From contig JAICUU010000001.1 of assembly GCA_025935675.1 (NCBI GenBank), forward strand, positions 3,935 through 67,934: 64,000 nucleotides of DNA, given 5' to 3'. This document shows positions 1 to 8,795 of the stretch, piece by piece. A program made the translations under genes and the position numbers. This DNA comes from Burkholderiales bacterium (lineage in GTDB: Bacteria; Pseudomonadota; Gammaproteobacteria; Burkholderiales; Casimicrobiaceae). Position 1 is the stretch's first letter. The number at the start of each line of letters is the position of its first letter. Under the pieces are notes generated by a model. It had not been told where the DNA came from. It saw nothing but the letters and a program-made list of their open reading frames with translations, and made no database searches.

Positions 1-390
1 AAACGCGTCGACGAGCGCAGGCTCGATCGCCTGCTGCATGACGCCGAGGCAACGCGCCGCGAGCGGCAGGAACAGCGCATCGTCGACGACGTGCGCGCGA
101 ACGACGGCGAGCACGGCGTCGGTCGACAGCGGCGCGAGCGCGTCAAGGCGCGCGCACAGCGTCTCGAAGAAGCGCTCGACGTTGCGCTCGTGCAGCGCGA
201 GCAGCAGGTCTTCCTTGCCGGGGAAGTAGAGGTAGACCGTGCCCTTGGCGACGCCCGCGGCGCGCGCGACGTCGGCGACATTGGCGACGCGCCCGGGATC
301 GTCGCGCAAAAGGCGCGCCGCGGCGTCGAGAATCGCGGCACGGCGTGCCGCCTTGTCCTCCGCGCGGATCGCGCGATGGGCGACCGCCAC
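1..390 (-). CDS. TetR/AcrR family transcriptional regulator (C-terminus cut by window edge)
   Basis: Absent from the ORF track (GTG start at 390, runs off the window). Manual minus-strand translation gives VAVAHRAIRAEDKAARRAAILDAAARLLRDDPGRVANVADVARAAGVAKGTVYLYFPGKEDLLLALHERNVERFF..., a canonical TetR N-terminal HTH. Confidence 0.8.
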   Translation of the reverse strand, partial: MAVAHRAIRAEDKAARRAAILDAAARLLRDDPGRVANVADVARAAGVAKGTVYLYFPGKEDLLLALHERNVERFFETLCARLDALAPLSTDAVLAVVRAHVVDDALFLPLAARCLGVMQQAIEPALVDAF

Positions 391-467
391 GACCGCTACC
401 CCTGCAAATGACTATGGTTCATTTGCGGCGAGCGTAGGTGACCTGCGGTCAGCCGTCAATCACCGCC

Positions 468-1370
468 TTATCCGGGCGAAGGATCGAACAGCGCGAGCGT
501 CGCGCGCGTCAGCGCGCTGTCGGCGTCGGTGTAGTCGAACACCACGTCGAAGTGATGGCGCGCGGGAATGCTCAGGTACACGCCGGCGCCGCGCGGCCGC
601 GCCGCCGGCCACGCGTCCCACAGCATCGCCGACTGGCGGCGAAACTCGCTCGTCTCGTCGGCGCCGACGGCGACGAGCAGCGGCGCCGCGACGCGCGACG
701 CCATCAGGACCGGCGACAGTCGCCGCGCCGCGGCGTCGTCGAGGCCCCAGTCGTCGTTGCCGGAAAAGAGCGTCAACGGGCGCAGGTCGTGCACGCCTGA
801 CAGCGACACGCCCGCATGCAACGGCGGCGCCGCGAATCCGGCCCCCGCCCAATCGGTCGCGAACATCATCGCCGTCAGGTGGCCGCCCGCCGAATGGCCG
901 CCGACGACCACCCGCGACGGCTCGGCGCCGTGCGCGGCGCCCTCGCGCGCGACCCACGCAACGGCGCGGCGCGCCTCGTCGACGATGTCGTCGATGCGAA
1001 CCCCGGGACACAGGTCGTAGTTGGCGACGGCGACCGCGTAACCGGCGTCGACGAGCGCCGGCGCGACGAACGAGTGGTCCGACTTGTCGAGCCCGCGCCA
1101 CCAGCCGCCATGCAGGAACAGGAACGTGCCACGCGCGCGGCCCTGCGGCAGGAAGAGATCGAGCGTCTCCTTGGGGCCGGGCCCGAAGCGCAGGTCCATC
1201 GCCGGCCGGCGCTCGGCGCGCACCGCGGCGGAAACCTCCGCCCAGCGCGCGAACCACTGCGGATGTTCGGGAACCGCAGCACGATTGTTGTAGCCCGCCT
1301 CGACGAACGCGCGCGAGTACCGCGGCCCGGCCGCGTGCGTGCCGGTCGCGTCGGCGATCGTACCCGCCAT
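468..1370 (-). CDS. alpha/beta hydrolase (esterase/arylformamidase-like)
   Basis: 300-aa ORF. It has an HGGWW oxyanion-hole type motif and a GGHSAGG nucleophile elbow (GxSxG). Confidence 0.75.
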   Translation of the reverse strand: MAGTIADATGTHAAGPRYSRAFVEAGYNNRAAVPEHPQWFARWAEVSAAVRAERRPAMDLRFGPGPKETLDLFLPQGRARGTFLFLHGGWWRGLDKSDHSFVAPALVDAGYAVAVANYDLCPGVRIDDIVDEARRAVAWVAREGAAHGAEPSRVVVGGHSAGGHLTAMMFATDWAGAGFAAPPLHAGVSLSGVHDLRPLTLFSGNDDWGLDDAAARRLSPVLMASRVAAPLLVAVGADETSEFRRQSAMLWDAWPAARPRGAGVYLSIPARHHFDVVFDYTDADSALTRATLALFDPSPG

Positions 1371-1374
1371 TGGC

Positions 1375-2076
1375 CTACGCGACGATGTCGACCGCGAGCG
1401 GCGTCAGCCCGGCGATGCGGCAGTCGATCCGGTCGCCCGCGACGATCTTGCCGACGCCCGACGGCGTGCCCGAGAAGATGAGATCGCCGGGGAGGAGCTC
1501 GTACATCGTCGTCAGAAACGCGATCATGTGCGGCACGTCCCAGATCATGTCGGCTAGATCGCCGCGCTGGCGCTCGCTGCCGTTGACGGCGAGCGTGATC
1601 GCGCCCTTCGTGGGGTGACCGACATCCTTGACCGCATGGATCGCCGCGATCGGCGCCGCCTGCGCGAACGACTTGCCGATGTCCCACGGCCGCTTCTTCT
1701 CGCGCATCTGGTTCTGCAGGTCGCGGCGCGTCATGTCGATGCCGGTCGCGTAGCCGTACACGAGATCGAGCGCGTTCTCCGCGGTGCGCGCCGTGCCGGC
1801 GCGGCCGATGGCGACGACCATCTCGATCTCGTGATGCAGGTCCGACGTCGCCTGGGGGTAGCGCATGCGCCCGCGCTGCCCCGCGTCGACCGCGAGGATC
1901 GCATCGGCGGCCTTGGTGAAGAAGAACGGCGGCTCCTTGCTCGCGTCGCCGCCCATTTCCTTCGCGTGCTCCGCGTAGTTGCGGCCGACGCAGTAGATGT
2001 GGCGAACGGGAAATCGCTCGGCCGTGCCGTGGATGGGCACCGAGGGCATTTCCCAGGCGGGGATCGCGAAGTTCAT
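1375..2076 (-). CDS. fumarylacetoacetate hydrolase (FAH) family protein, small fumarylpyruvate/acylpyruvate-hydrolase type
   Basis: 233 aa with FAH-family motifs (VGRNYAEHAKEMGG, PWDIGKSF, GDLIFSGTPSGVG). The size fits the roughly 230-aa hydrolases rather than the 430-aa fumarylacetoacetase. Confidence 0.85.
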   Translation of the reverse strand: MNFAIPAWEMPSVPIHGTAERFPVRHIYCVGRNYAEHAKEMGGDASKEPPFFFTKAADAILAVDAGQRGRMRYPQATSDLHHEIEMVVAIGRAGTARTAENALDLVYGYATGIDMTRRDLQNQMREKKRPWDIGKSFAQAAPIAAIHAVKDVGHPTKGAITLAVNGSERQRGDLADMIWDVPHMIAFLTTMYELLPGDLIFSGTPSGVGKIVAGDRIDCRIAGLTPLAVDIVA

Positions 2077-2118
2077 GGGTGGAGGCTCCGTGGCGTGAAA
2101 TCGTTCATCCCGCGTCGC

Positions 2119-2760
2119 TCATTCGGCGTCAGGCTGGCGGGCGGGTGCCGCATCGGTGAACGCAGGCACCGTCTGGCACGCCGCATCGATGCGCGCGAGC
2201 GTCGGCCAGCGCGCCATGTCGAGCCTGGCGCGATGCGCGTTGGCCACTTGCGGCACGACGAAGCAGTCGGCGAGCGTGGGCGCATCGCCGTGGCAGAAGC
2301 GGCCGGTGCGCGCGTCACCGGCGAGGTCGCGCTCGAGCGCGTCGAAGCCGAGCGCGATCCAGTGCGCGTACCACGTCGCGCGCGCGGCGGCGTCCGCCGC
2401 GAACGTCGCCTCGAGGTGCTGCAGCACGCGCAAGTTGTCGATCGGATGGATGTCGGCGGCGATCGCGAGCGCGATCCCGCGCACGCGGGCGCGATCCTCG
2501 GGCGTCGCGGGCAAAAGCGGCGGCGCCGGATGCGTCTCGTCGAGGTACTCGATGATCGCGAGCGACTGCGTGATGACGCGCCCGTCGTCGAGCTCGAGCG
2601 CCGGCACGAGCCCGTGCGGATTGCGCGCGCGATAGTCGGCGTCGTGCTGCATGCCGCGCACGAGATGCACGTGCGCGCGCGACACGGCGATGCCCTTCAG
2701 GTTGAGCGCGATGCGCACGCGGTAGGCGGCGGACGAGCGGAAATAGTCGTAGAGCTTCAT
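2119..2760 (-). CDS. maiA: maleylacetoacetate/maleylpyruvate isomerase (zeta-class GST)
   Basis: 213 aa. The N-terminus MKLYDYFRSSAAYRVRIALNLKGI is the zeta-GST/MaiA signature, and the gene is adjacent to the FAH-family gene. Confidence 0.85.
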   Translation of the reverse strand: MKLYDYFRSSAAYRVRIALNLKGIAVSRAHVHLVRGMQHDADYRARNPHGLVPALELDDGRVITQSLAIIEYLDETHPAPPLLPATPEDRARVRGIALAIAADIHPIDNLRVLQHLEATFAADAAARATWYAHWIALGFDALERDLAGDARTGRFCHGDAPTLADCFVVPQVANAHRARLDMARWPTLARIDAACQTVPAFTDAAPARQPDAE

Positions 2761-2778
2761 GGCGTCGATCCCGCTCGA

Positions 2779-3975
2779 TCAGAACGCCGAGATGCCGGTC
2801 TGCGCGCGGCCGAGGATCAGCGCGTGGATGTCGTGCGTGCCCTCGTACGTGTTGACCGTCTCGAGGTTGAGCAGGTGGCGGATCACGTGGAACTCGTCGA
2901 CGATGCCGTTGCCACCATGCATGTCGCGCGCGGCGCGCGCGATGTCGAGCGCCTTGCCACAGGAGTTGCGCTTGACGATCGACGTGATCTCGGGCGCGGC
3001 GAGGCCCTTGTCCTTGAGCCGGCCGAGGCGCAGGCAGCCCTGCAGGCCGAGCGTGATCTCGGTCTGCATGTCGGCGAGCTTGCGCTGCACGAGCTGGTTG
3101 GCCGCGAGCGGCCGGCCGAACTGCCTGCGGTCGAGCGTGTACTGGCGCGCCGCATGCCAGCACGACTCGGCGGCGCCGAGCGCGCCCCAGGCGATGCCGT
3201 AACGCGCGCTGTTGAGGCAGCCCATCGGACCCTTGAGGCCCTTCACGTTCGGCAGCAGGTGCGCCGCCGGCACGAACACGTCGTCCATCACGATCTCGCC
3301 GGTGATCGACGTGCGCAGGCTGAACTTGCCCTCGATTTTCGGCGCCGACAGCCCTGCCATGCCCTTCTCGAGGACGAAGCCGCGCACGACGCCGTCGTCG
3401 GTCTTCGCCCACACCACGAACACGTCGGCGATCGGCGCGTTGGAGATCCACGTCTTCGCGCCCTGCAGCCGGAAGCCGCCGTCGGCGGCCCGTGCGCGCG
3501 TCACCATCGAGCCGGGGTCGGAGCCGTGGTCGGGCTCGGTCAGGCCGAAGCAGCCGATCCATTCGCCGCTGGCGAGCTTCGGCAGGTACTTGCGCCGCTG
3601 CGCCTCGTCGCCGTAGGTGAAGATCGGGAACATCACGAGCGAGCTCTGCACGCTCATCATCGAGCGGTAGCCCGAGTCGACGCGCTCGACCTCGCGCGCG
3701 ATGAGCCCGTAGCAGACGTAGTTGAGCTCGGCGCCGCCGTAGTCGGCGGGGATCGTCGCGCCGAGGAGCCCGAGCGCGCCCATCTCGCGGAAGATCGCGG
3801 GGTCGCTCTTCTCGTGGCGGAAGGCCTCGATCACGCGCGGCGCGAGCTTGTCCTGCGCATAGGCGCGCGCGGTGTCGCGCACCATCCGCTCGTCGGACGC
3901 GAGCTCCTCTTCGAGAAGCAGCGGATCGTCCCAGTGGAAGACGGGTTTGGCGGCGGCGCGGTCGGGGGCATTCAT
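2779..3975 (-). CDS. gcdH: glutaryl-CoA dehydrogenase
   Basis: 398 aa acyl-CoA dehydrogenase. The N-terminal [43 protein letters not shown]...[16 protein letters not shown] stretch matches GcdH. Confidence 0.9.
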   Translation of the reverse strand: MNAPDRAAAKPVFHWDDPLLLEEELASDERMVRDTARAYAQDKLAPRVIEAFRHEKSDPAIFREMGALGLLGATIPADYGGAELNYVCYGLIAREVERVDSGYRSMMSVQSSLVMFPIFTYGDEAQRRKYLPKLASGEWIGCFGLTEPDHGSDPGSMVTRARAADGGFRLQGAKTWISNAPIADVFVVWAKTDDGVVRGFVLEKGMAGLSAPKIEGKFSLRTSITGEIVMDDVFVPAAHLLPNVKGLKGPMGCLNSARYGIAWGALGAAESCWHAARQYTLDRRQFGRPLAANQLVQRKLADMQTEITLGLQGCLRLGRLKDKGLAAPEITSIVKRNSCGKALDIARAARDMHGGNGIVDEFHVIRHLLNLETVNTYEGTHDIHALILGRAQTGISAF

Positions 3976-4096
3976 CGAGGGGCCTGCGAGCGAGGGCGAC
4001 CGGCATTATCGCGCACCGGCCAAGGCGGTCGGCCCGCGCGCGCAGTCTTCGCGCAGTGAGCCTCTGCGAATCGGCGCGCGCGTTGGCGCGGCGCGC

Positions 4097-5455
4097 TCAG
4101 GCGACCGCGCGATCCTCGCGCACGTCGCCCGCCAGCGCGTGCGGCACGAAATAGCCGTCGGCGTCGACGAACCCGGTGTCGCCGGGATAGTTCCAGCCGT
4201 CGCGCACGTAGGCGCGCTGGCGTGCGTCACCGAGATAGCGGCAGCCGGTGGGGCCCTTGACGGCGAGGCGGCCCGGCACCCCCACCGGCAGCGGTCGCCC
4301 CGCATCGTCCATCACCGCGGTTCGATAGCCGGGCACGCTGCGGCCCGCGGCGCCCGCGCGCGTCTCGTCCTCGCGATGCGAGACGAAGAAATGCAGCATC
4401 TCGGTGGCGCCGATGCCGTCGATGATCTCGAGGCCGGTGGCCGCTTTCCACGTCGCGCGCGACTCGGCGCTCAGCGTCGGCCCGGCCGAAACGCACTTGG
4501 CGAGGCGCGCGCGATCGTTGCCGCCGAGCCACGCCGCCATCGTCCGGTAGCGCGCCGCATCGGCGAACAGCACGCTCGGCCGCCAGCGCGCCACCGCGGC
4601 CAGCAACGCCTCGGCGGTCGTCGATTCGAGCAGCAGCGCCGATGCGCCGATGCGCAGCGGAAAGAACAGCAGCGCGCCGAGGCCGTAGGTGCTCGCGAGC
4701 GACGCGCTGCCGGCGAAGAGGTCGTCGGGCGACGCCTTCAGCACGTGCGCGGGCCAGCAGTCGCACGCGGCGAGGATGTCGCGATGGAAATGCATCGTCG
4801 CGCGCGGCCGGCTGCCGGCGCTGGCGGCGAAAGCGATCATCGCGACGTCGTCGGCGGCGGTCGCGACCGGCTCGAACGCCGCGGTCTTCTGCCGCATCCA
4901 CGTCTCGAGCGCGTCGGGGCTGTCGGTGGCGAAGCGCGCGACGTGCCGCAACACGCTCGACGTCGCGGCTGCTTTATCGAGGTCGGCGGCGAAGCGCGCG
5001 TCGCACAGCGCGTGGCTGATCTGCGCGATGTCGATTGCCGCCGTCAGCTCGTGCTCGCGCCACGACGTCGGCACCGGCACGACGATCGCCCCGGCCTTGA
5101 CGATCGCGAACCAGCACGCGGCCGTCATCGGCGAGTCGGGACCGCGCAGCATGACGCGATTGCCCGGCCGGACGCCGAAATCGCCGGTGAGCACGTGCGC
5201 GATGCGGCTCGCGACGATGCCGAGGTCGGCGTACGTCCAACGCCGCAGCGTGCGTGCCACCGGCGCGTCGTCGGGCCACACGATCGCCGTGCGCTCGCCC
5301 CAGCCGCGCATCAGCGCGGCATCGATCAGTGCGCTCGCGGCATTGAGCCGTGCCGGCCAATCGAGCGCCGGCAGGTCGAACACGAAATCCGGCCATTCGT
5401 CGCGCGGCGGCAGGAGGTCGCGCGCGAAAGTGTCGACGTGCGCACTGGCGGTCAC
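4097..5455 (-). CDS. AMP-dependent (2-aminobenzoate/benzoate-type) CoA-ligase homologue, degenerate and C-terminally truncated; possible pseudogene or pseudoenzyme
   Basis: 452 aa. The N-terminus SAHVDTFARDLLPPRDEWPDF is typical of aminobenzoate-CoA ligases. The P-loop reads FAASAGSRPRATMH instead of FTSGTTGxPKGTMH. The ORF stops right after the hinge motif GDTGFVDADGYF, with only about 120 nt before gcdH. Confidence 0.6.
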   Translation of the reverse strand: MTASAHVDTFARDLLPPRDEWPDFVFDLPALDWPARLNAASALIDAALMRGWGERTAIVWPDDAPVARTLRRWTYADLGIVASRIAHVLTGDFGVRPGNRVMLRGPDSPMTAACWFAIVKAGAIVVPVPTSWREHELTAAIDIAQISHALCDARFAADLDKAAATSSVLRHVARFATDSPDALETWMRQKTAAFEPVATAADDVAMIAFAASAGSRPRATMHFHRDILAACDCWPAHVLKASPDDLFAGSASLASTYGLGALLFFPLRIGASALLLESTTAEALLAAVARWRPSVLFADAARYRTMAAWLGGNDRARLAKCVSAGPTLSAESRATWKAATGLEIIDGIGATEMLHFFVSHREDETRAGAAGRSVPGYRTAVMDDAGRPLPVGVPGRLAVKGPTGCRYLGDARQRAYVRDGWNYPGDTGFVDADGYFVPHALAGDVREDRAVA

Positions 5456-5533
5456 GCCTGCTCCTCTACCACGTCCTGCGTCATGCGTGCGGTGCCGGCG
5501 CGTCGCGCGCCACTGCGCCGGCTTGCCGCACCG

Positions 5534-6382
5534 TCATCCCGCCATCACTTCGCCGCCCGCCACCACGATCGCCTGGCCGGTGATCGACTTCGCCGCCGGC
5601 GTGCACAGCCACGCGACGCTCGCCGCGACCTCGGCGGGCGACACGAGCCGGCCTTGCGGATTGCGCGACGCCAGCGCGCCTCGCGCCTCCTGCTCGCTGC
5701 GGCCGGTGCGCATCACGATGCTCGACACGGCGTCGCGCGCGAGCGCCGTGTCGGTGTAGCCGGGGCACACCGCATTGACGGTGACGCGGCTTGGCGCGAG
5801 CTCCTGGGCGAGCGCGCGCGTGAAGCCGATCAACCCGTGCTTCGCCGCGCAATAGGCGGTGACGTTGGCGTAGCCGACGAGGCCCGCGGTGCTGGCGACG
5901 TTGATCACGCGCGCCCACGGCGCCGCCAGCAGCAGCGGCATCGCCGCCTGCGTGCAAAGGTAGGCGCCCGTCAGGTTGACGCGCAGCATGTCCTCCCACA
6001 GCACGCGGTCGGTGCGGCCGAATTTCGCGCTGCGCGCCGCGCCCGCATTGTTGACGAGGACCGCGAGCGGCCGGCGGTTGCGCGCGACGGCGGCGAATGC
6101 GCGCGCGACGGCGCCCTCGTCGCCGACGTCGCAGACCTGCGTGTCGCAGGTCGCGCCCGGCAGCTCGGAGATGGCCGAGTAGAGACGCTCGCGGTCGCGC
6201 CCGAGCAGCGTCAGCGACGCGCCCAGCCCCGCAAGCGCCTTGGCGACGGCAAAGCCGATGCCGCGGCTGCCGCCGGTCACGACCGCATGCAGCCCGGCCA
6301 GCGGATGCAGGTCGACGGTCGCGGGCGGCTCCTCGCTGCGAGGGGTGGCGAGGCGAACGGTGTCTTCGGTGTCTTCGTTCAT
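5534..6382 (-). CDS. SDR family oxidoreductase
   Basis: 282 aa with a TGGSRGIG Rossmann motif, NNAG, and the catalytic YCAAK (YxxxK). Confidence 0.85.
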   Translation of the reverse strand: MNEDTEDTVRLATPRSEEPPATVDLHPLAGLHAVVTGGSRGIGFAVAKALAGLGASLTLLGRDRERLYSAISELPGATCDTQVCDVGDEGAVARAFAAVARNRRPLAVLVNNAGAARSAKFGRTDRVLWEDMLRVNLTGAYLCTQAAMPLLLAAPWARVINVASTAGLVGYANVTAYCAAKHGLIGFTRALAQELAPSRVTVNAVCPGYTDTALARDAVSSIVMRTGRSEQEARGALASRNPQGRLVSPAEVAASVAWLCTPAAKSITGQAIVVAGGEVMAG

Positions 6383-6580
6383 CGTGCAGGCGGCGGCGGC
6401 GACCGGCGCACGAGCGCGCGCCGGCGATCACGTCATGGGGAGAAGCCGCCCGCGCTTTCGCGAACGGCCGCGGTCGTCACGATACCGCACAGCGACGACG
6501 TGTTGGCGACGCAATCGACTTTCCGGCCTAGGCCATTGGAGTCAGGGCGCGCGGGCGGCAATGGCTTCTAGATTCGGGGC

Positions 6581-7129
6581 ATGGCCAGGCGAGCTTTCCC
6601 ACGCCATCGCGGAACCGGATTCACGTTGCTGGAAGCGCTGTTGGCGCTGACGATCCTGGCCTTCGTGACCGGTCTCGGTGTGCCCGCGTATGGCACGTAC
6701 CTGCGGTCGTACCGGCTGCACCGTGAGGCTCAGTTGCTGGGCTGGGCGCTGCAACTTGCGCGTTCTGAAGCCATCAAGCGCAATTCCCGCGTAAATGTGT
6801 GCAAGTCCTTTGATCGCGTCCACTGCGCCAAATCGGGCGGCTTCGAGGCGGGCTGGCTCGTCCACGCGGACCCCGATCTGAAGGGTCAACCCACGGCGGA
6901 CGACCCGCCGCTGCGCATCGAGGGCCGGGCACCCGAGGGCATCACGATCCGCGGCAACAAGCCGGTCGCCGACGTCGTGTCGTACACGGCCTTCGGCCAC
7001 CCGCGGCTCCTCGGCGGTGGCCTGCAGATGGGCACGTTCACGCTGTGCAGCCCCGGCAGCCGCGCCGTGCACGTCGTGCTCGCCAACAGCGGCCGGATCC
7101 GCATCGAGGATACCGCCGATCCGTGCTAA
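6581..7129 (+). CDS. fimT: type IV pilus minor pilin, GspH/FimT family
   Basis: 182 aa with the prepilin leader ...RGTG/FTLLEALLALTILAF. The stretch EAQLLGWALQLARSEAIKRNSRVNVC is typical of FimT/GspH. Confidence 0.8.
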   Translation: MARRAFPRHRGTGFTLLEALLALTILAFVTGLGVPAYGTYLRSYRLHREAQLLGWALQLARSEAIKRNSRVNVCKSFDRVHCAKSGGFEAGWLVHADPDLKGQPTADDPPLRIEGRAPEGITIRGNKPVADVVSYTAFGHPRLLGGGLQMGTFTLCSPGSRAVHVVLANSGRIRIEDTADPC

Positions 7130-7280
7130 AAAACCGTTCGTAACCCGCTGATTGCATGGGGCGACGCGCTCACAACAAAGCGTCCGCCGTCCATGCCATC
7201 AAAGCGCGCCACTGGTCAGCATGGCCGCCCCCGGCAGCGCGGGATTCTCTACGATGCAGCCGTCGAAATGGGGAGTGACC

Positions 7281-7736
7281 ATGGAACGGTACCCGGGCCG
7301 CGTACGCGGATTCACGCTGATCGAGGTGATGATCGTCGTCATCATCGTCGGCATCCTCGCGGCGATCGCGCTGCCGAGCTATTTCCAGTACATCCAGCGC
7401 TCGAAGATCATCGAGGCGACGACGGGGCTGTCGAACTTCCGCACGAAGATGGAACAGTATTTCCTCGACAACCGCGTCTACAAGGACGACAGCCACGATG
7501 CGTGCACCCAGTTCCTGGCGAGCATCCAGGCACAGGTTCACGCGTTCACGCTGAGTTGCCCGTCGCAGGGCACGAACACGTATTCGCTGAAGGCCGTCGG
7601 AAACACGTCGGACGGCATGGATACGGCCTTCGTCTACACCGTCAACGAATCCGACGTGAAGACCTCGGCCGGCCCATCCGGCTGGCCATCGAGCAGCTCG
7701 TGCTGGGTCACCAAGAAGGACGGCACGTGCAGCTGA
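7281..7736 (+). CDS. pilE: type IV pilin PilE-like (minor pilin)
   Basis: In frame with track ORF 7152..7736. I place the start at ATG 7281, preceded by GGGAG (7271-7275). Translation MERYPGRVRG/FTLIEVMIVVIIVGILAAIALPSYFQYIQRSKIIEAT... matches PilE (COG4968-like). There is a C-terminal Cys pair. Confidence 0.8.
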   Translation: MERYPGRVRGFTLIEVMIVVIIVGILAAIALPSYFQYIQRSKIIEATTGLSNFRTKMEQYFLDNRVYKDDSHDACTQFLASIQAQVHAFTLSCPSQGTNTYSLKAVGNTSDGMDTAFVYTVNESDVKTSAGPSGWPSSSSCWVTKKDGTCS

Positions 7737-8314
7737 TGCCGCCACGCGCCCGCGCGTCGCGCGGCTTCACGCTGGTCGAGCTCCTGATCGCGGTGGCGAT
7801 CTTCACGATCCTCGCGCTGCTGGCCGTGCCGATGTACGGCGAGATGATCGCGAACTCGGAGGTGCGCAATGCCGCGGAGAACATCCTGATGGGCCTGCGT
7901 GACGCACAGGCGCGCGCGGTCAAGAACAATGCCCCGGCCAAGTTCGTCCTCGACAGCACGGGCTGGTCGGTCTCGGTGATGGACCCCGAGAGTAACGCGT
8001 ATTACACAGGCGCCTGCGGCACGACGCAGACGGCGACCAGCGCCCCGCTCTGCGTCAAGAGCTACAAGTTCGCCCAGGGCGCGAGCCGCGCGACGATCTC
8101 GGCGACGGGCGAGGTCACGTTCAACGGCCTCGGGCAGATCCTGCCCAACATCGACGGCTCGGACACGTTGAAGCAGGTCGACGTGTCGACGGGCGCGATC
8201 GCGAGCCCGCACAACCTCACCATCCTCATCGGCACCAAGGACAACGCCACGGCGATGAAGATGTGCGATCCCAGTTTCTCCTCGTCCGATCCGCTCGGCT
8301 GTCCCTCGCTATGA
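7736..8314 (+). CDS. type IV pilus minor pilin, GspH/FimU-like
   Basis: In frame with track ORF 7193..8314. ATG 7736 overlaps the pilE stop (cTGATG). Translation begins MPPRARASRG/FTLVELLIAVAIFTILALLAVPMYGEMIANSEVRNAAENILMGLRDAQARAV. Confidence 0.75.
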   Translation: MPPRARASRGFTLVELLIAVAIFTILALLAVPMYGEMIANSEVRNAAENILMGLRDAQARAVKNNAPAKFVLDSTGWSVSVMDPESNAYYTGACGTTQTATSAPLCVKSYKFAQGASRATISATGEVTFNGLGQILPNIDGSDTLKQVDVSTGAIASPHNLTILIGTKDNATAMKMCDPSFSSSDPLGCPSL

Positions 8315-8793
8315 AATCGCTCCCCGCCGCGGCCCGCCGCCAGCAAGGCGCTTTCCTCCTCGAGGCGCTGATCGCGATCCTCATCTTCTCGCTCGGCGTG
8401 CTCGGGATCGTCGGCCTGCAGGCGCGCTCGCTCAAGGCCGTCGGCGACGCCCAGTACCGCGGCGAGGCGGCGTTCTATGCACAAACGCTCGCGGGCCGCA
8501 TGTGGGCGCACGATCCCACCAGCCTGCAGACCTATTTCGGCACCAGTGGCACCGGCTTCACCAACTGGAGCGACCAGGTCACCGCCGCCGGCAGCGGGCT
8601 GCCCGGCGCGGCCGACCGGCCGCCCGAGATCAGCTTCACCAACCTGAGCTCCAAGCAAGGCGTGATGGCCACGATCAAGATCTACTGGCAGGCGCCCGGC
8701 GAGGCCGACCCGTGCGGCGGCGACACCAGCGACGTCAAGTGCTGGCACCAGTACGTCACCTCGGCGGTCGTCGGCAACAACGTGGGATCGTGA
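8311..8793 (+). CDS. pilV: type IV pilus modification protein PilV
   Basis: ATG 8311 overlaps the upstream stop (ATGA). Translation MKSLPAAARRQQG/AFLLEALIAILIFSLGVLGIVGLQARSL... shows the PilV-type N-terminus. Position +1 is Ala rather than Phe. Confidence 0.75.
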   Translation: MKSLPAAARRQQGAFLLEALIAILIFSLGVLGIVGLQARSLKAVGDAQYRGEAAFYAQTLAGRMWAHDPTSLQTYFGTSGTGFTNWSDQVTAAGSGLPGAADRPPEISFTNLSSKQGVMATIKIYWQAPGEADPCGGDTSDVKCWHQYVTSAVVGNNVGS

Positions 8794-8795
8794 TC

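Noticed and set aside
1615-6571. Plus-strand ORFs 1615..4059 (814 aa) and 3872..6571 (899 aa), plus 239..1618
   Set aside because: They are antisense to well-supported minus-strand genes (hydrolase, FAH, maiA, gcdH, ligase, SDR). The translations are low-complexity R/A/G/D/V-rich with no domain signatures.
7130-7280. Sigma-54 promoter (TGGCAC-N5-TTGC) upstream of pilE
   Set aside because: There is no GG-N10-GC element with the conserved flanks. TTGCATGG at about 7153 lacks an upstream TGGCAC partner.
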